Shown here piece after piece: positions 62,230 to 64,000 of a stretch of 64,000 nt of DNA. Position 1 is the first letter of the stretch; each line of letters begins with the position of its first letter. Under the pieces are notes generated by a model. It saw only the letters and a list, made by a program, of their open reading frames with translations. It searched no databases and had not been told where the DNA came from. Position numbers and translations under genes: made by a program. This DNA comes from Selaginella moellendorffii (taxonomy: Eukaryota; Plantae; Lycopodiophyta): contig NW_003314272.1 of the NCBI RefSeq assembly GCF_000143415.4, positions 1,306,628-1,370,627 of the forward strand, written 5' to 3'.

Positions 62230-63570
62230 TTGATCAGATAGCGATATGTAGTGGAGCTTAAATTTTGTATCCTGGATCCACATGAGAATGACGTGATAGC
62301 AAAGAGCAAGACTTACCTGTAGCATTAAGTCGACTCTACCATTGGGACTTCTAGATAGCCTTTCTGTCACCATACTACCATAAAAAGCTGTGACAAAACC
62401 ATACCCCAACCGAAGAACTTCCTCTAGCTTTGATAGCAAAACTTACAAAGCACTATGTTTACCTGTATCCCAAGATATTCACTGACTTTCTCCAAAAGGA
62501 ATAGATATCAGAGGTTCCACTCTGTAATCAAGACGAAAGGATAAATGTAAACACTGCTAACACAGCAGTATATTGATACCTGTAAGTGACCGGATCATAT
62601 GGGTGAAATATGTTTGTTCATCATTTGCCTGCATGCTGGCTTTTTTTCTTCAATGCCTTCATCTTCCCAGTACTCATGACCTGTTCTTTTGCAAACACAT
62701 TCAACTTACGTTGCAAAGACTGTAAATCACATACATACCCATTTCCAAAGCATTCATTGTGGAGACTCAGAAACAGTGACAACTGCAAAAAATGCGAGAA
62801 AGAAACTTATCAACAGTGAAGAATCAAGGAGCTCACTCTCCTTGTTTCGTTCCTAATGCTGCAAAGTGACACGAGAGAGAGTTAGACATGAAACCCTCAG
62901 ATATGAACAGCCATAACTGTTATAAGAGAGTATTCCATCATGTCCTTCAAGCCAGTTTTTTTGTGCTTGACTGCCAACATTTCCTCAAGAGAACTTGTCA
63001 TAAACTGAAGAGCACCATGTATGGCTGTCCCGTATGACTATCCATGTTGAGACTACAGGGTTTATAGCGCTGCAAAATAGAAATCCCTCTCAATGCTTTA
63101 AAAATGCAAAACTGAAGAACAAGGAAGCAAACCGTGGACGAAAATTTCTATTTTTTCTCTTGGTTCCAGCCTCAAGGACCTGGAACAAACAGGAACTTTA
63201 AGCCTCGAAAGAGAATAGCGAAGAGCAAGAGAGTGAAAAACCTTGATTCTAGTCGTGGTTCCAGCCTTGAGAACCTGGAACAAACAGGGACTTGAGAGAC
63301 CCGAAAGAAGAATAGCGACAAGCAAGAGAGTGAAGAACCTTGATTCTAGTCGTCGATGACAACGTGAATCCCCTCATTGTCCGAGACGTCGTCCCTGTCG
63401 TAGCTCCATCCATCATAGCCTCTTCGCCTTTCACTCCCAATCCTCGTCGCATTTCCGAGCAGAGCACGTCGATCTGCCAAATGCACCTGTGCAGGGGAAT
63501 GCTGGTGGATTTGTTCCCTGCATAAGTCTGGAAGGCGTCGATCCTGTTCTCACTGATCATCGAGCACAAC
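62230..63570 (-). pseudogene. SGR2-like DDHD-domain phospholipase A1 fragments
   Basis: Spliced remnants GHEYWEDEGIEEKKPAC, IFHPYDPVTYR|VEPLI and ERLSRSPNGRVDLMLQ resemble SGR2 (YWEEE...MPACR..NIFHPYDPVAYRVEPL; RLTG..DGRIDHMLQ). The 5' boundary is uncertain. Confidence 0.7.
63161..63351. repeat. Two ~95-bp direct repeats
   Basis: GGTTCCAGCCT...CCTGGAACAAACAGG...GAATAGCGA..AGCAAGAGAGTGAA.AACCTTGATTCTAGTCGT occurs twice. Confidence 0.8.
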
Positions 63571-64000
63571 TATGGCGACACAGAGAAAGCCGTGAGCCTC
63601 TCAAACCTTTGCAAATGGAGAAAAAAACACAACCTTGTTGTAATAGGCTGGAGCTTTCAGCTGCTTAGGATCGTTATCCAGTGCTGTTCCCAGGACTTCT
63701 TCCGGAGCTGTCGAAAAACGAACGCATTAGAGTTTTTTCTAGTGTCTAAATCGAAGGAACTCACTCAAAGGTGTTGGATAAGGAACAAATGCGGGTTGCG
63801 GCTTTTGGTAGGAGGTTTTTGGTCCCTCGCCAGGCTCGATGCCACCATTGCTGCGATTGGCCGTAATATCTTGGTCATCCTGGAACATCTCAAGTTAGAA
63901 TCGCAGGGACGACAATAGGGGGTCGAGACTCTTTTACCAGATGATATTCTGCATTAGTACTTTTTCCATAAGTGCGACTCGCGCTAGTCCAAATTCTTCA

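Overview
Gene-dense plant nuclear DNA with very short (50-60 nt) GT-AG introns, a microbial-type terpene synthase and S-motif-rich PLS PPR genes; together these point to a lycophyte, most likely Selaginella (inferred, not searched). The centrepiece is an intronless microbial terpene synthase-like gene (MTPSL, 11957-12997, -) set head-to-head, 305 bp away, with a CYP71-clan P450. It lies within a local family of related P450s (two apparently intact, two singly disabled, two decayed) plus a CYP88/KAO-like remnant, so it is a candidate MTPSL-P450 biosynthetic module that appears tandemly duplicated. From 1.1 to 9.3 kb there are two tail-to-tail decayed Ty3/Gypsy elements. The first carries a complete TRIM and a solo LTR with a 5S rRNA internal-promoter segment (Cassandra-like) inserted in the RT catalytic motif. 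From 17 to 51 kb are conserved genes (MS5/SDI1-like TPR, Maf, EEF1AKMT4-like methyltransferase, PPR, PTEN, RFC2, HCF101, CSI1, BTB/POZ), interrupted by a zone of local duplications at 21.8-30 kb that contains an orphan 3-exon gene. From 52.7 to 64 kb is an AT-rich, Helitron-associated zone with minus-strand gene fragments (CYP88-like, SGR2/DDHD-like). Coordinates were counted by eye and may be off by a few bases.
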